Part shown: positions 19,889-29,158 of the stretch, piece by piece
Layout: each line of letters opens with the position of its first letter
Numbering within the stretch: position 1 is the stretch's first letter
Assembly (NCBI GenBank): GCA_965242695.1
Contig: CBDESU010000001.1
Coordinates: 96,001 to 160,000, forward strand
Origin: Cenarchaeum sp.
Lineage (GTDB): Archaea > Thermoproteota > Nitrososphaeria > Nitrososphaerales > Nitrosopumilaceae
DNA: 64,000 nucleotides
Reading direction: 5' to 3'
Position numbers and translations under genes: made by a program
The notes under the pieces: generated by a model
The model's input: only the letters and a program-made list of their open reading frames with translations
What the model was told of the DNA's origin: nothing
Database searches by the model: none

Positions 19889-20392
19889 TTACGCTTGCGC
19901 GCCGGCACGACTGTCCTGCGGCATGTAAAACCCGGCTGCCCTGAGACGGTCAATGATTTCTTGGTGATCTGCATGGCTTAACAGCCCCCTGTCCTCGAAC
20001 TCCTTGAGCAAGCCCGTCATGCCCGTAAATCTGATGCCCCACTTCTTGGCGAGCTTCCGAGCGCGAAGGTCGTCAAGCACACATTTTGCATCCACGCCAA
20101 TGTTTTTCAGACGCTGCCCGGTGAGGATGGCCTCGGACTCGCCAAGTCCCATGCGCCTGTGTCGTCGCATGAAGCGCTTCAGATCTTCTGGCACAACAAC
20201 ATCGACGATCGCCATTGTCCCGTTTGCGGCATGTTCGTCAATAAGCCCCTGATTCCCAACCTCGATCTCCGTCACCACAGAGGCGGGTACCAAAATTTCA
20301 CCATAGGTGGATTTTAGCTGCCGGACAAGTTCAGGACGGTCGAGTCGTTCGAGGAATGCTATTACTACGGTGCTATCAATAATCAGCGCCAT
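19889..20392 (-). CDS. PIN-domain toxin, DUF3368/COG2405-like (copy 1)
   Basis: IIDST...VPASVVTEI...GLGESEAI...LDDLRARKLA...G..FTG; acidic PIN residues intact. Confidence 0.85.
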   Translation of the reverse strand: MALIIDSTVVIAFLERLDRPELVRQLKSTYGEILVPASVVTEIEVGNQGLIDEHAANGTMAIVDVVVPEDLKRFMRRHRRMGLGESEAILTGQRLKNIGVDAKCVLDDLRARKLAKKWGIRFTGMTGLLKEFEDRGLLSHADHQEIIDRLRAAGFYMPQDSRAGAQA

Positions 20393-20436
20393 AAAAAACC
20401 ACTCGGAGATTGTGGCACGACCTCCGGCCGCTGTGC

Positions 20437-21036
20437 CTAGTAAAGGTTCACCATGCCGCGCCGTCCCATCATGTCGAGCACGTCGCGGTAGTTCACTTTC
20501 AGGATCTCGGCGGCGCGGCCCGACGATATTTTTTCTTCCTTGACCATACCAATAACTATCTCTTCGGCACGCGGTACTATGTCATTGTAGACCTTGGAGT
20601 TCACGGCCATGTCGGGGTACACCTGGTAGATGTACAGGAGCAGCTGCTCGTCGGTCATGTCGTTGAAGAACCTCTTGCACTCGCAGATTATGGCGGTCTC
20701 GGTCTCGTCAAGGTCCCTGCCGGCATCCCTCGCGGCGGCGCGTCCCTCGGAAGTCAGGGTGATCTTCCCCTGCACGTGCGACACCAGGCCGTCCCTCGAC
20801 AGGGCGTCCAGCCCGTCGGCCACCTGCTGGCTGTACGGGCCGTAGTCGTGCGGCCTAAAGGTGGACTCTACACCCTCGTCGTCTGCGTCCTTTGCCAGCA
20901 CGTACAGCATTTTCTGGAGCATCGTATGCCCGCGCACGCTCTCGTCTCCGGCGCCGGCAAGCAGCAGCATGTAGCGGCGGATCCTGCCGCCGCATGGTAG
21001 GGTCGAACGCAGTACGGTCATTGCCATCGGGAGCAT
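20437..21036 (-). CDS. Putative antitoxin: SocA/Panacea-like N-domain fused to UPF0175-like HTH (copy 1)
   Basis: LQKMLY...F.PHDYGPYS N-terminal motif; C-terminal KISSGRAAEILKV.Y.D.LD; directly upstream of the PIN gene. Start uncertain. Confidence 0.75.
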   Translation of the reverse strand: MLPMAMTVLRSTLPCGGRIRRYMLLLAGAGDESVRGHTMLQKMLYVLAKDADDEGVESTFRPHDYGPYSQQVADGLDALSRDGLVSHVQGKITLTSEGRAAARDAGRDLDETETAIICECKRFFNDMTDEQLLLYIYQVYPDMAVNSKVYNDIVPRAEEIVIGMVKEEKISSGRAAEILKVNYRDVLDMMGRRGMVNLY

Positions 21037-21894
21037 CTCCGGCGGAAGCGTGGCCGGACTCTGTACCCTTCAAGGCCACCAGTCCATTCCATGCATGTGC
21101 GCGCCGCGCCGAGCATAAGTAAGTTGTCACTGCGTGGGGCACCGCACGGGCTACTTCGTGCCGTCCGCCTGCATGCCGCCGTCCTGTCGTGCCGTCCGGC
21201 CCGCCGTGCTCCGGGCCGGGGTTGGTAGGGTGCGGCCAACGTTGCCCGTACGACTCTTCCAGTTACGACCTTCGGGCTTGTCGGCCGCCGCCTGAGACGG
21301 GGCCGGACGCCGGGATCGCCGCAAGGCCCGCCCTGCGCGGTATGTCGTTGCGCCGCGATGCGTGGGTTGCGGCGTATGCGGGCAGGAACGCGGCCCCCCG
21401 TGCCGCGCAACGGCCCTACCGGCAGTTTGTTCACGGACCGCCGCAACGCCTTGTACACCTCCGGCCCACGTTGCACGCAGACGCCGCAAAAGGCGTCGCG
21501 GCACCAGCTCCTGCTATCCGAAGTCGCACCACTACGCCTTTGAGATGCGAACCAAATATGGCCGCCGGGTTTGTTTGGCCGACCACTGGACTCCGGCCCT
21601 AAATGTCTGATGTGCAAGGCAACTGCAAAATTTTTTAGCGTGACTACGACGTACCTATAATCACGAGCACAAGTTCTTGACCCTCTTTTTGATCCACCAA
21701 CGCCTAATTGATGCACATAAAAAGGCCAGAAGCTTATGCTCGGGACTATGCTCCCCTCGCCCCAGCTGCCCCCTTCAAGGGGCGTCACCGTGCGGACGAA
21801 ACTGCCTGCCCCTCTGCCTGCTCCGACTACTTTCAGGCTTAAAGCCACTCGGGCAGCGATCGTCAACGCCGTTCTTATGCGCGCACACGCCGCT

Positions 21895-22371
21895 CTACGG
21901 GATGCGAAAGTCGGATGCCTTGAGCTTGCTGATGATTTCACCGTGTTCTGCGTTGCTCAAGTAACCTCTGAGTTTGAACTCCTCAAGCAGGCCCAACACG
22001 CCTGTAAATTTAACGGATAGGTTCTTGGCCTCGCTGCGCGCACGACCATCATCAAAGGCGCATTTTGCATCAACGCCCTTCTCATTTAGGCGTTGCCACG
22101 TAAGAATGACATCCGATTCGCCGGGGCCCATCTCTTTGTATTTCACCATAAATTCGTTAATATCTTCTACCGTGACAATGTTCGTGATTGTTATTGTCCC
22201 GCTTGAAATATATTTATCAACAAGCTCTGGATTTTTTACACTAAGTTCCTTCACCACAGAGGCGGGCACTATAACCTTGCCATACATAGAATCTAGATAA
22301 CGAATAAACTCAGGACGATGCAATCGTTCAAGCAACGCTATTATCACAGAAGTGTCGGCAATCAATACCAT
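21895..22371 (-). CDS. PIN-domain toxin, DUF3368-like (copy 2, AT-rich)
   Basis: IADTS...VPASVVKEL...GPGESDVI...FDDGRAR; colinear with copy 1 but diverged and markedly AT-richer. Confidence 0.85.
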   Translation of the reverse strand: MVLIADTSVIIALLERLHRPEFIRYLDSMYGKVIVPASVVKELSVKNPELVDKYISSGTITITNIVTVEDINEFMVKYKEMGPGESDVILTWQRLNEKGVDAKCAFDDGRARSEAKNLSVKFTGVLGLLEEFKLRGYLSNAEHGEIISKLKASDFRIP

Positions 22372-22416
22372 AAAAAATCACTCGCAGATTATGATGCGGC
22401 TCTCCACTAGTCGCGC

Positions 22417-23043
22417 CTAGTACAAGCTCATGCCGTGCCGCCCCATAATGTCGAGCACGTCGTGGTAGCTCACTTTAAGGATCTTGGCGGCACGGCCTGT
22501 TGATATTTTTTCTTCCTTGAGCATGCTCATGACTATATCTTCGGCGCGCGGCACTATGTCATTGTAGACCTTGGAGTTCACGGCCATATCGGGGTACACT
22601 TGGTAGATGTACAGGAGCAACTGCTCGTTGGTCATGCCGTTGAAGAACCGCTTGCACCCCCAGACTATGGCAGTCTCGGTCTCGTCAAGGCCCATGCCTG
22701 CATCCCTCGCGGCGACGCGTCCCGCGGAAGTCAGGGTGATCTTGCCCTGCACGTGCGACACCAGGCCATCCCTCGACAGGGCGTCTAGTCCGTCGGCCAC
22801 CTGCTGGCTGTACGGGCCGTAGTCGTGCGGCCTGAATGTCGACTCGACGCCCTCGTCGTCCACGTCCTTTGCCAGCACGTACAGCATTTTCTGGAGCATC
22901 GTATGCCCGCGCACGCTCTCGTCTCCCGCGCCGGCAAGCAGCAGCGTATAGCGGCGGATCCTGCCGTCGCACGGCAGGGTCGAACGCAGCCAGGTCATTG
23001 CCATCGGCCGCATCTCCCGTGGAGGCGTGGCCAGACCCTGCAC
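22417..23043 (-). CDS. Putative antitoxin (copy 2)
   Basis: Near-identical to 20437..21036. Confidence 0.75.
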   Translation of the reverse strand: MQGLATPPREMRPMAMTWLRSTLPCDGRIRRYTLLLAGAGDESVRGHTMLQKMLYVLAKDVDDEGVESTFRPHDYGPYSQQVADGLDALSRDGLVSHVQGKITLTSAGRVAARDAGMGLDETETAIVWGCKRFFNGMTNEQLLLYIYQVYPDMAVNSKVYNDIVPRAEDIVMSMLKEEKISTGRAAKILKVSYHDVLDIMGRHGMSLY

Positions 23044-23658
23044 CCTCCAAGGCCGCTTGTCCCTTCCATGCGAGTGCGCGCCGTGCCGTGCATAAGTAAG
23101 TTGTTACTGCGTGGGGTGCCGCACGGGCTGCCCCGTGCCGGCGCTTGCATGCCTCCGTCCTGCCGTGCCGTCCGGCCCGCCGTCCTCCGGGCCGGAGTCG
23201 GGAGGATGTGGCCAACGTTGCCCGTACGACACCTCCAGTTACGACCTTCGGGCTCGCCGGCCGCCGCCTGGGATGGGGCCGTACGCCGGGATCGCCGCAA
23301 GGCCCGCCCTGCGCGGTATGTCGTTGCGCCGCGATGCGTGGGCTGCGGCGTATGCGGGCAGGAATGAGACCCTCCCGCGCCGCGCACCGGCCTGCCGGCA
23401 GCTCGCTCGCAGGCGCGCCGTGCCGCCTCGTATGCTGCCCGCCGTGGCGCGCTCAAGATTTGTGCGGTGCGACCGCCCGCCGCCGGGGCGTCGATCTGGC
23501 GGTTGTGCTCCGCCGCCGGCTCGGTCGCCGATGCTCCACATGTTGCCAGGCCGCGGCGGCTTGGGCGCACGCGGGATGAACCTTATCTGACAATGCATGC
23601 GCGCCCCGCCTAGTGGCGCACGGAGACTCTATAACTTGGTGGGGCACACCGCGGCACG

Positions 23659-23849
23659 ATGGAAGACACGACAGTCAAGGACTTGGAGTTTTTGGACGCC
23701 CTGAGGGCAGAGCGGGCCGATCCATACCGCGGGGAGTGGGTTGTGATCTACGACGGCAAGATCGTAGCACACGGAAAGGATCCGGAGCGAGTGCCGGGGC
23801 GGCACACGAAGCCGCCGTGAGATTGCCCCTGATGGAGTACTTTTTTTAG
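23659..23849 (+). pseudogene. DUF5678-like small protein, probably frameshifted
   Basis: ATG 23659 gives MEDTTVKDLEFLDALRAERADPYRGEWVVIYDGKIVAHGKDPERV, stop at 23820; plausible tail AAHEAAVRLPLMEYFF in another frame. Confidence 0.55.
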
Positions 23850-23980
23850 CGATTCGTTAAAGGTGTCGTTTGAGTACATGCTGCTACCACGACCTGCCCT
23901 GCTGTGCCCGTAGACGGGCCTGGATGTCTAGACTGTTCGCGCAACGCTATTATTCCTGTAGCATCGGCAATCCGTTCCAT
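23846..23980 (-). pseudogene. Truncated PIN toxin remnant (copy 3)
   Basis: MERIADATGIIALREQSRHP..GQVVVAA aligns with MVLIADTSVIIALLERLHRP..GKVIVPA; lies downstream of antitoxin copy 3. Confidence 0.6.
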
Positions 23981-24071
23981 AGGGGCCGATGCGGGCGCCG
24001 CATTCGTGTCTGTGGATGCGAGATGGCGTGTAGGGCCCTCGGGCCAACTGCCGCCGCCCGTGCCGGCCTGC

Positions 24072-24731
24072 CTAGTGCAGGTACGCAATGCCGCGCCCCT
24101 TCATCATGTCGAGGATGTCGTGAAACGGCATCTTTAGGATCTCGGCGGCGTGGCCCGACGATATTTTCTCTTCTTCGACCATCCCCATGACTATGTCCGC
24201 CGCCCGGTGTAGCAGGTCTGCATGGGCCGCAGTAGTCGCAACCATGTCGGGGTACACCAGGCACGTATACAGGAGCAGCTGCTCGTCCGTCATGCCGTTG
24301 AAGAACCGCTTGCACTCGCAGAGCAACTCCCTCCTGTCGTAGTCAAGGCCCCTGTCCGCATCATCTGCCGCAGCATGCCCTGCGGCCGTCAGGGCGATCC
24401 TGCCCGGGGCTTCCACCACTAGGCCGTCCCTGGACATGCTGTCGAGCTCGTCGGCCACCTGCTGGCTGTACGGGCCGCGGCCGCGCGGTCCAAAGCCGGA
24501 TTCCACTTCCCTGTCGCCAGTGTCCTTCGCCAGCACGTACAGCATTTTCTGGATGGCTGCGCGGCCGTGCACGGCCTCCCCGCCAGCATCGGCGAGCAGC
24601 AGCATGTAGCGGCGGATCTTGCCTCTGCATGACGGGGCGGCCTGCGCCGGAACCGATGCCATCAGCGGCATCCTCCGTGCGGGCGGCGCCCCCATTTGCA
24701 CCAGGCCAAACCGCCTACTCCGTCCACGCAT
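24072..24731 (-). CDS. Putative antitoxin (copy 3, more diverged)
   Basis: IQKMLYVLAKD..GPYSQQVAD..CKRFFNGMTDEQLLLY..KISSGHAAEILK; start uncertain. Confidence 0.7.
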   Translation of the reverse strand: MRGRSRRFGLVQMGAPPARRMPLMASVPAQAAPSCRGKIRRYMLLLADAGGEAVHGRAAIQKMLYVLAKDTGDREVESGFGPRGRGPYSQQVADELDSMSRDGLVVEAPGRIALTAAGHAAADDADRGLDYDRRELLCECKRFFNGMTDEQLLLYTCLVYPDMVATTAAHADLLHRAADIVMGMVEEEKISSGHAAEILKMPFHDILDMMKGRGIAYLH

Positions 24732-25056
24732 GGCCGCACCGGGACGCGCATTAAATTGGATGTCACTGCGCGGGTGCGACCCGCCGGCACGGCATCGAGA
24801 CACCCTGCGCCGCAGGAATCCCGTCCGACGCTGCTAAAGGCCCGTGTGGGCCCGTCCGCACTGGCTCATCGATTCTGACCTCTGCGATCCCGCATGTGGT
24901 TGCAACGCCTGCAGTCTTGACACCTTGCCGCATCCGGGGCCAGAGCGCCCGATGCCTGCCATCCAATCCCGCCTACAGCCGTGGGCGCCTCAGCCTACTC
25001 CGAGTCGCCCCGTCGCGGTCCCCTCCAGGGCGCCGTCCCTGGGAGTCGGACCCGGC

Positions 25057-25152
25057 ACCCGCGCCCCCCTTGGGAGCCGCCCGCACTCCGTGCCCGCACT
25101 GCGAGGCCGACGCGCCGGCCATACCCGCGCCCCCCTTGGGAGCCGCCCGCAC
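25057..25152. repeat. Two identical 30-bp direct repeats (ACCCGCGCCCCCCTTGGGAGCCGCCCGCAC) 36 bp apart
   Basis: Copies at 25057-25086 and 25123-25152. Confidence 0.85.
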
Positions 25153-25373
25153 CCAGCGACCTGCCGCCCCTTTGCTCCCTGCACTCCTTGGTCGCAGTCC
25201 GTACCGCCCTCCCGTAGTCTCCCTAGGCCTGCGCCAGCCACACAGCCTCCAACTGCCGCCTGCCGCTCCCTCCGCCCCTGCCCGCCCAGGCCACCCCTGC
25301 GCCGACGCCACGTCTGCCCCCTCCAGCCCCCCTCCAGCCCCCCTCCATCTGCCCCTTGCCCCCCAGCCCTGCT

Positions 25374-25432
25374 CTAGGCGCCCCTAGGCGCCCCTAGGCG
25401 CCCCTAGGCGCCGCCGGCCCCATCCCTAGGCG
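25374..25432 (+). repeat. (CTAGGCGCCC)x4 array plus one partial copy upstream of the amoA promoter
   Basis: Copies start at 25374, 25384, 25394 and 25404; CCCTAGGCG at 25424. Confidence 0.9.
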
Positions 25433-25452
25433 TCAAACCGCCCCCGCGCGCC

Positions 25453-25466
25453 CAAATTCTTATATA
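25453..25466 (+). promoter_or_regulatory. TATA promoter of amoA
   Basis: TTATATA at 25460, 30 nt before the ATG. Confidence 0.8.
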
Positions 25467-25489
25467 CAAACGACCGGCGTGCGGCCCCA

Positions 25490-26140
25490 ATGGTCTGGCT
25501 AAGACGCTGCACGCACTACCTCTTCATTGTGGTAGTTGCCGTAAACTCGACCCTGCTTACGATCAATGCCGGAGACTACATCTTCTACACCGACTGGGCT
25601 TGGACGTCCTACACCGTGTTCTCCATCTCGCAGACCCTCATGCTCGTCGTCGGCGCGACGTACTACCTGACGTTCACCGGAGTACCGGGGACGGCGACGT
25701 ACTATGCGCTCATCATGACGGTGTACACGTGGGTTGCAAAGGGGGCCTGGTTCGCCCTCGGCTATCCGTACGACTTCATCGTCACGCCGGTATGGCTGCC
25801 GTCCGCAATGCTGTTGGACCTGGCGTACTGGGCGACAAAGCGCAACAAGCACTCGCTGATACTGTTCGGCGGAGTGCTGGTTGGCATGTCACTGCCGCTG
25901 TTCAACATGGTCAACCTCATAACGGTCGCCGACCCGCTGGAGACGGCGTTCAAGTACCCGAGGCCTACGCTTCCGCCGTACATGACGCCTATAGAGCCGC
26001 AGGTGGGCAAGTTCTACAACAGCCCGGTTGCGCTGGGCGCAGGAGCCGGTGCCGTACTGTCGGTTACCATGGCTGCGCTCGGCGTAAAGCTGAATACGTG
26101 GACCTATAGGTGGATGGCCGCCTGGTCAAAGTGGGACTAG
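25490..26140 (+). CDS. amoA: Archaeal ammonia monooxygenase subunit A
   Basis: 216 aa, MVWLRRCTHYLF...AGDYIFYTDWAWTS...YRWMAAWSKWD; unmistakable archaeal AmoA. Confidence 0.99.
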   Translation: MVWLRRCTHYLFIVVVAVNSTLLTINAGDYIFYTDWAWTSYTVFSISQTLMLVVGATYYLTFTGVPGTATYYALIMTVYTWVAKGAWFALGYPYDFIVTPVWLPSAMLLDLAYWATKRNKHSLILFGGVLVGMSLPLFNMVNLITVADPLETAFKYPRPTLPPYMTPIEPQVGKFYNSPVALGAGAGAVLSVTMAALGVKLNTWTYRWMAAWSKWD

Positions 26141-26384
26141 CCTTACCCCTCTTTTCATTTACTCGCGCCGCGCCAGCGGCGCCGCGCCCGCCCGCGCCGG
26201 ACGCCGGGCCGGGGCGGCGCGGCAGCGGACGGCCGCCCCTCAGCGGCGCGCGCCGGGCGGCCTGGCCTGCGCGGCACATCCTGCAGAATATCGGCCGCCC
26301 GCGGCTCGGCATGCGCCGATCGAAGGCGAGATGCTGCGCAGGGCCCGCCGCGCCTTGATATATCGGGCCGCCCGCCCGCGCCCG

Positions 26385-27248
26385 ATGCAGCGCGCTGCCG
26401 CAGCCGCCCAGGCCCCTGCCAAGCCGCGCCCGTTTGTAAAGTGGGCCGGCGGCAAGCGCCTCCTGCTGCCGGACATTGCCGCCGCCTTTCCGGACGGGTT
26501 CGGCCGCTACTACGAGCCGTTCCTCGGCGGAGGCGCCGTCATGTTCCACGTGCTCACCGGGCGCCGCGGCGTGGAGTGCTCGGCATCCGACTCGAACCCA
26601 GACCTTGTCGCCACGTACGAGGCGGTCCGCGACGGGGTAGAGCGGCTCATACTGCTCCTCGAGGCGCACGCAGCCGGGTACGCCGCCGGCCCAAAGGACT
26701 ACTACTACTCGGTCAGGGCCGGCGAGCCGACGGACCGGGACGAGCGCGCCGCCCGCATGATATTCCTCAACCGCACGTGCTTCAACGGCCTGTACCGCGT
26801 CAACAGCAGCGGCAAGTTCAACGTGCCGTTCGGGGGCCGCCTCCGCCCGAACATCGTGAACGCGGCCGTCCTGCGCGCCGCGAGCGCCCTGCTGTCCTCG
26901 GCGCGCCCCTCGATCGCGTGCGCCGACTTTGAGGATGCGGTCGCGGGGGCCTCGGAGGGCGACCTGGTCTACATGGATCCCCCCTACCAGCCGGTCAGCG
27001 CCACCAGCTTTACGCACTACACGCGGGACGACTTTGGGGGCGGCGACCTGGAGCGGCTTGCAGCCGCATGCCGCGAGCTCGACGGCAGGGGCTGCCGCGT
27101 CCTGCTGTCCAACTCGGACTCGCCCGAGGTGCGGCGGCTGTTCGCCGGCGGGCCCTGGCGCTGCAGGCGCCTCGAGGTGAACCGAATGATCAACTCGGAC
27201 GGGGCCAATCGGCGCGGCCACCACGAGCTCCTCATCAGGAATTACTAG
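26385..27248 (+). CDS. dam: Dam-like (D12 class) N6-adenine DNA methyltransferase
   Basis: PFVKWAGGK, YYEPFLGGGA, LNRTCFNGLYRVN, DPPY, LLSNS, ELLIRNY; TATA-like TTGATATA 30 nt upstream. Confidence 0.93.
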   Translation: MQRAAAAAQAPAKPRPFVKWAGGKRLLLPDIAAAFPDGFGRYYEPFLGGGAVMFHVLTGRRGVECSASDSNPDLVATYEAVRDGVERLILLLEAHAAGYAAGPKDYYYSVRAGEPTDRDERAARMIFLNRTCFNGLYRVNSSGKFNVPFGGRLRPNIVNAAVLRAASALLSSARPSIACADFEDAVAGASEGDLVYMDPPYQPVSATSFTHYTRDDFGGGDLERLAAACRELDGRGCRVLLSNSDSPEVRRLFAGGPWRCRRLEVNRMINSDGANRRGHHELLIRNY

Positions 27249-27320
27249 CTTCGAGCGGGATCTGAACCCGCGACCTTTACCTTACCAAGGTAACGCTCTA
27301 CCGGGCTGAGCTATCGAAGC
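27247..27320 (-). tRNA. tRNA-Thr(GGT)
   Basis: Reverse complement folds as a cloverleaf: GCTTCGA acceptor, TTACC-TTGGTAA-GGTAA anticodon arm, GCGGG-TTCAGAT-CCCGC T arm. 3' end overlaps the dam stop codon. Confidence 0.95.
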
Positions 27321-27409
27321 GCGCGCGTGCGCCGTGCAAAATCCATATAACTCTTGGCCGCTTGATTTCGCGGCGGGGCCCCGCGGCGCGGCCGTTGCCG
27401 GAGGGGCGC

Positions 27410-27680
27410 GCGTGCACCTGCCTCGGCCGCCGGCAGGGGCGGGCCCGATCGGGGGACGCCGGCGCGGGGAGGGGAGGGAGAGGGCATATGCGCGCCTGCG
27501 CCTCCCTTGACCGCCGACAGGGGCGGGCCCTGTAGGCGAGACGCCTGCGCGGGGAGGAGGGGGCACGGCGCACACCTGCGCCTCCATCAGCCACTTTGCA
27601 CTTCCCACGGACGGGGGCAGAGGGCAGCGCAGGCGCCGCGCGAGAAGTGCGGCACTGGACGCGCACACCTGCGCCCCCTT
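27410..27680. repeat. Degenerate ~80-bp GC-rich tandem repeat (2 full copies plus partials)
   Basis: Recurring CACCTGCGCC and CCGCCGRCAGGGGCGGGCCC...GACGCC.GCGCGGGG. Confidence 0.55.
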
Positions 27681-29158
27681 CAGCACATCGACAGGTACAG
27701 CCACAGCGGGATGCAGACTATGGGATCGTCGACAAGGCGCGTATGGTCCTGCGTGAGCGCCAGCGCGACCCCTGCGCCGAACTTGTCGACAAAGCGCGAC
27801 AGGCCCCTGAGGTCGGACGACTCCACCTGCCGGCGGTACTTGACCGCTATCGGGACGGGCTTGTGCCGCAGGTCGATTACGAGGTCGACCTCGTCGCCCT
27901 TGCCGCTCCTCCAGTAGTACGGCATCTCGGGCAGGGCCGACGGGTCAAGCGTCGCCCACAGCCGCCTCGTATGGTCGCCGGCGATCGACTCGGCCAAGAG
28001 ACCCGTCTCGGCCGAGTCTGAGAGCGAGTCGATGTGGGTGCGGGAAGCGGCCGCGTTTCGCATGCCCGTGTCGACAATGTACGCCTTTTTCTCGGCCCGG
28101 CTGCGGACAGGGGCGTACGGATCAGAGTACGAGACAAGGCATGCCGCCTTTAGGAAGCCCAAGTACGCATCGAGCGTGATCTTGTTGATCCCGAGGTTCT
28201 TGGCGATCCTCTCCTTGTTGATCATGCGCGGGGACCGCCTCGCCAGCACGGCGAAGAGCGGCTCGAGCACGCGCGGGCTTCGCACGCCGCCGACCTTTAC
28301 GACGTCCTGGTACATCGCGAGGCGCAGGTGGGTCTCGAGCTGCTCCCTTTTGCTGTCGTGGCCGCCAGCGGCGGCGATTCCGGGGCAGCCGCCGTACACC
28401 ATGTACTCGGAGAGATCCGCCAGTATGTCGCCCTTGGCCAGCGCAAGCTCCCGCAGCGACTCCTCCGCGCGTTCGTAGAATGCGCCTGCGTCGCCGTCCC
28501 TTACGGACGCGGCAAGGGTACTGCGCATGCCCTCGCCGACCTTGGCCAGCGCGGGGGCGTACGGGCGGCCCTTGAACGAGGCGTACTCGGAAAAGCTCAT
28601 CGGCGACATGGCCTGGTGGCGCATCCTCCCGATCAGCTGCCTCGTGGTGCCGGCCATGTTCGCGCTCGACGATCCTGCCACTACGATCGTCGTCGGGCCG
28701 CGCCGGTCGACGACGTTCTTGAGCGCGGTCTGCCAGCTGCCTGCTGCCTGGATCTCGTCGAGTACTATGTACGTCCTCTGCGAGGGCGGACGCATCGGCT
28801 GCTCGAGTAGGACCCTTTGGCTGTACAGCGACAAGAGGCGGCGCAGGATGCCAGCGACCGGGAACAGCGCCTCGTCGTCGAACGAGGCAAACATGACGCG
28901 CCTTGGATCACCGCGGGACGCGAGCTCGTCGACCAGCTGGTACAGCACGGTGGTCTTGCCGACCCGCCTGGCTCCGACAAGGGCATGCACGTGATGCTCG
29001 TAGTCCTTGTCGTCTAGGCGCCGCAGCATCTCGGCATAGTCTGCCCTCTTGAACTCGCGCCGCACCTTGCTGGGCACGCCGCCTCCGGTCCACCATGGGT
29101 TTTGCGCCCGCAGCGCGTCAAAGAGCTCGTCATCGCTCGGGTACTCTGCCTCGATCAT
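27680..29158 (-). CDS. AAA_14 + DUF4143 ATPase (COG1373 family)
   Basis: QNPWW, Walker A GARRVGKTT, Walker B LDEIQ, AGSSS, Y..YGGCP, KKAYIVDTG, YYWR...EVDLV. Start ATG 29158 preferred over 29278. Confidence 0.9.
   Translation of the reverse strand: MIEAEYPSDDELFDALRAQNPWWTGGGVPSKVRREFKRADYAEMLRRLDDKDYEHHVHALVGARRVGKTTVLYQLVDELASRGDPRRVMFASFDDEALFPVAGILRRLLSLYSQRVLLEQPMRPPSQRTYIVLDEIQAAGSWQTALKNVVDRRGPTTIVVAGSSSANMAGTTRQLIGRMRHQAMSPMSFSEYASFKGRPYAPALAKVGEGMRSTLAASVRDGDAGAFYERAEESLRELALAKGDILADLSEYMVYGGCPGIAAAGGHDSKREQLETHLRLAMYQDVVKVGGVRSPRVLEPLFAVLARRSPRMINKERIAKNLGINKITLDAYLGFLKAACLVSYSDPYAPVRSRAEKKAYIVDTGMRNAAASRTHIDSLSDSAETGLLAESIAGDHTRRLWATLDPSALPEMPYYWRSGKGDEVDLVIDLRHKPVPIAVKYRRQVESSDLRGLSRFVDKFGAGVALALTQDHTRLVDDPIVCIPLWLYLSMC

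Larger units (their letters stand above)
20390..23365. repeat. ~1-kb direct duplication (about 20390-21390 and 22369-23365) covering the antitoxin and its upstream region
   Basis: Long shared stretches including CATAAGTAAGTTGT and GCAAGGCCCGCCCTGCGCGGTATGTCGTTGCGCCGCGATGCGTGGG. Confidence 0.85.

Noticed and set aside
21018-21941. 307-aa minus-strand ORF and AT-rich patch near 21590-21730
   Set aside because: No recognisable motif; overlaps a duplicated non-coding region and the toxin end.
25057-25152. CRISPR array (30-bp repeat, 36-bp spacer); likewise 39360-39462
   Set aside because: Only two copies each, no AT-rich leader, no cas genes, atypical termini.
26385-27248. Dam methylase as part of a novel restriction or amo-regulatory system
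   Set aside because: No adjacent endonuclease; as I recall, a Dam-like gene beside amoA is ordinary synteny in marine AOA.
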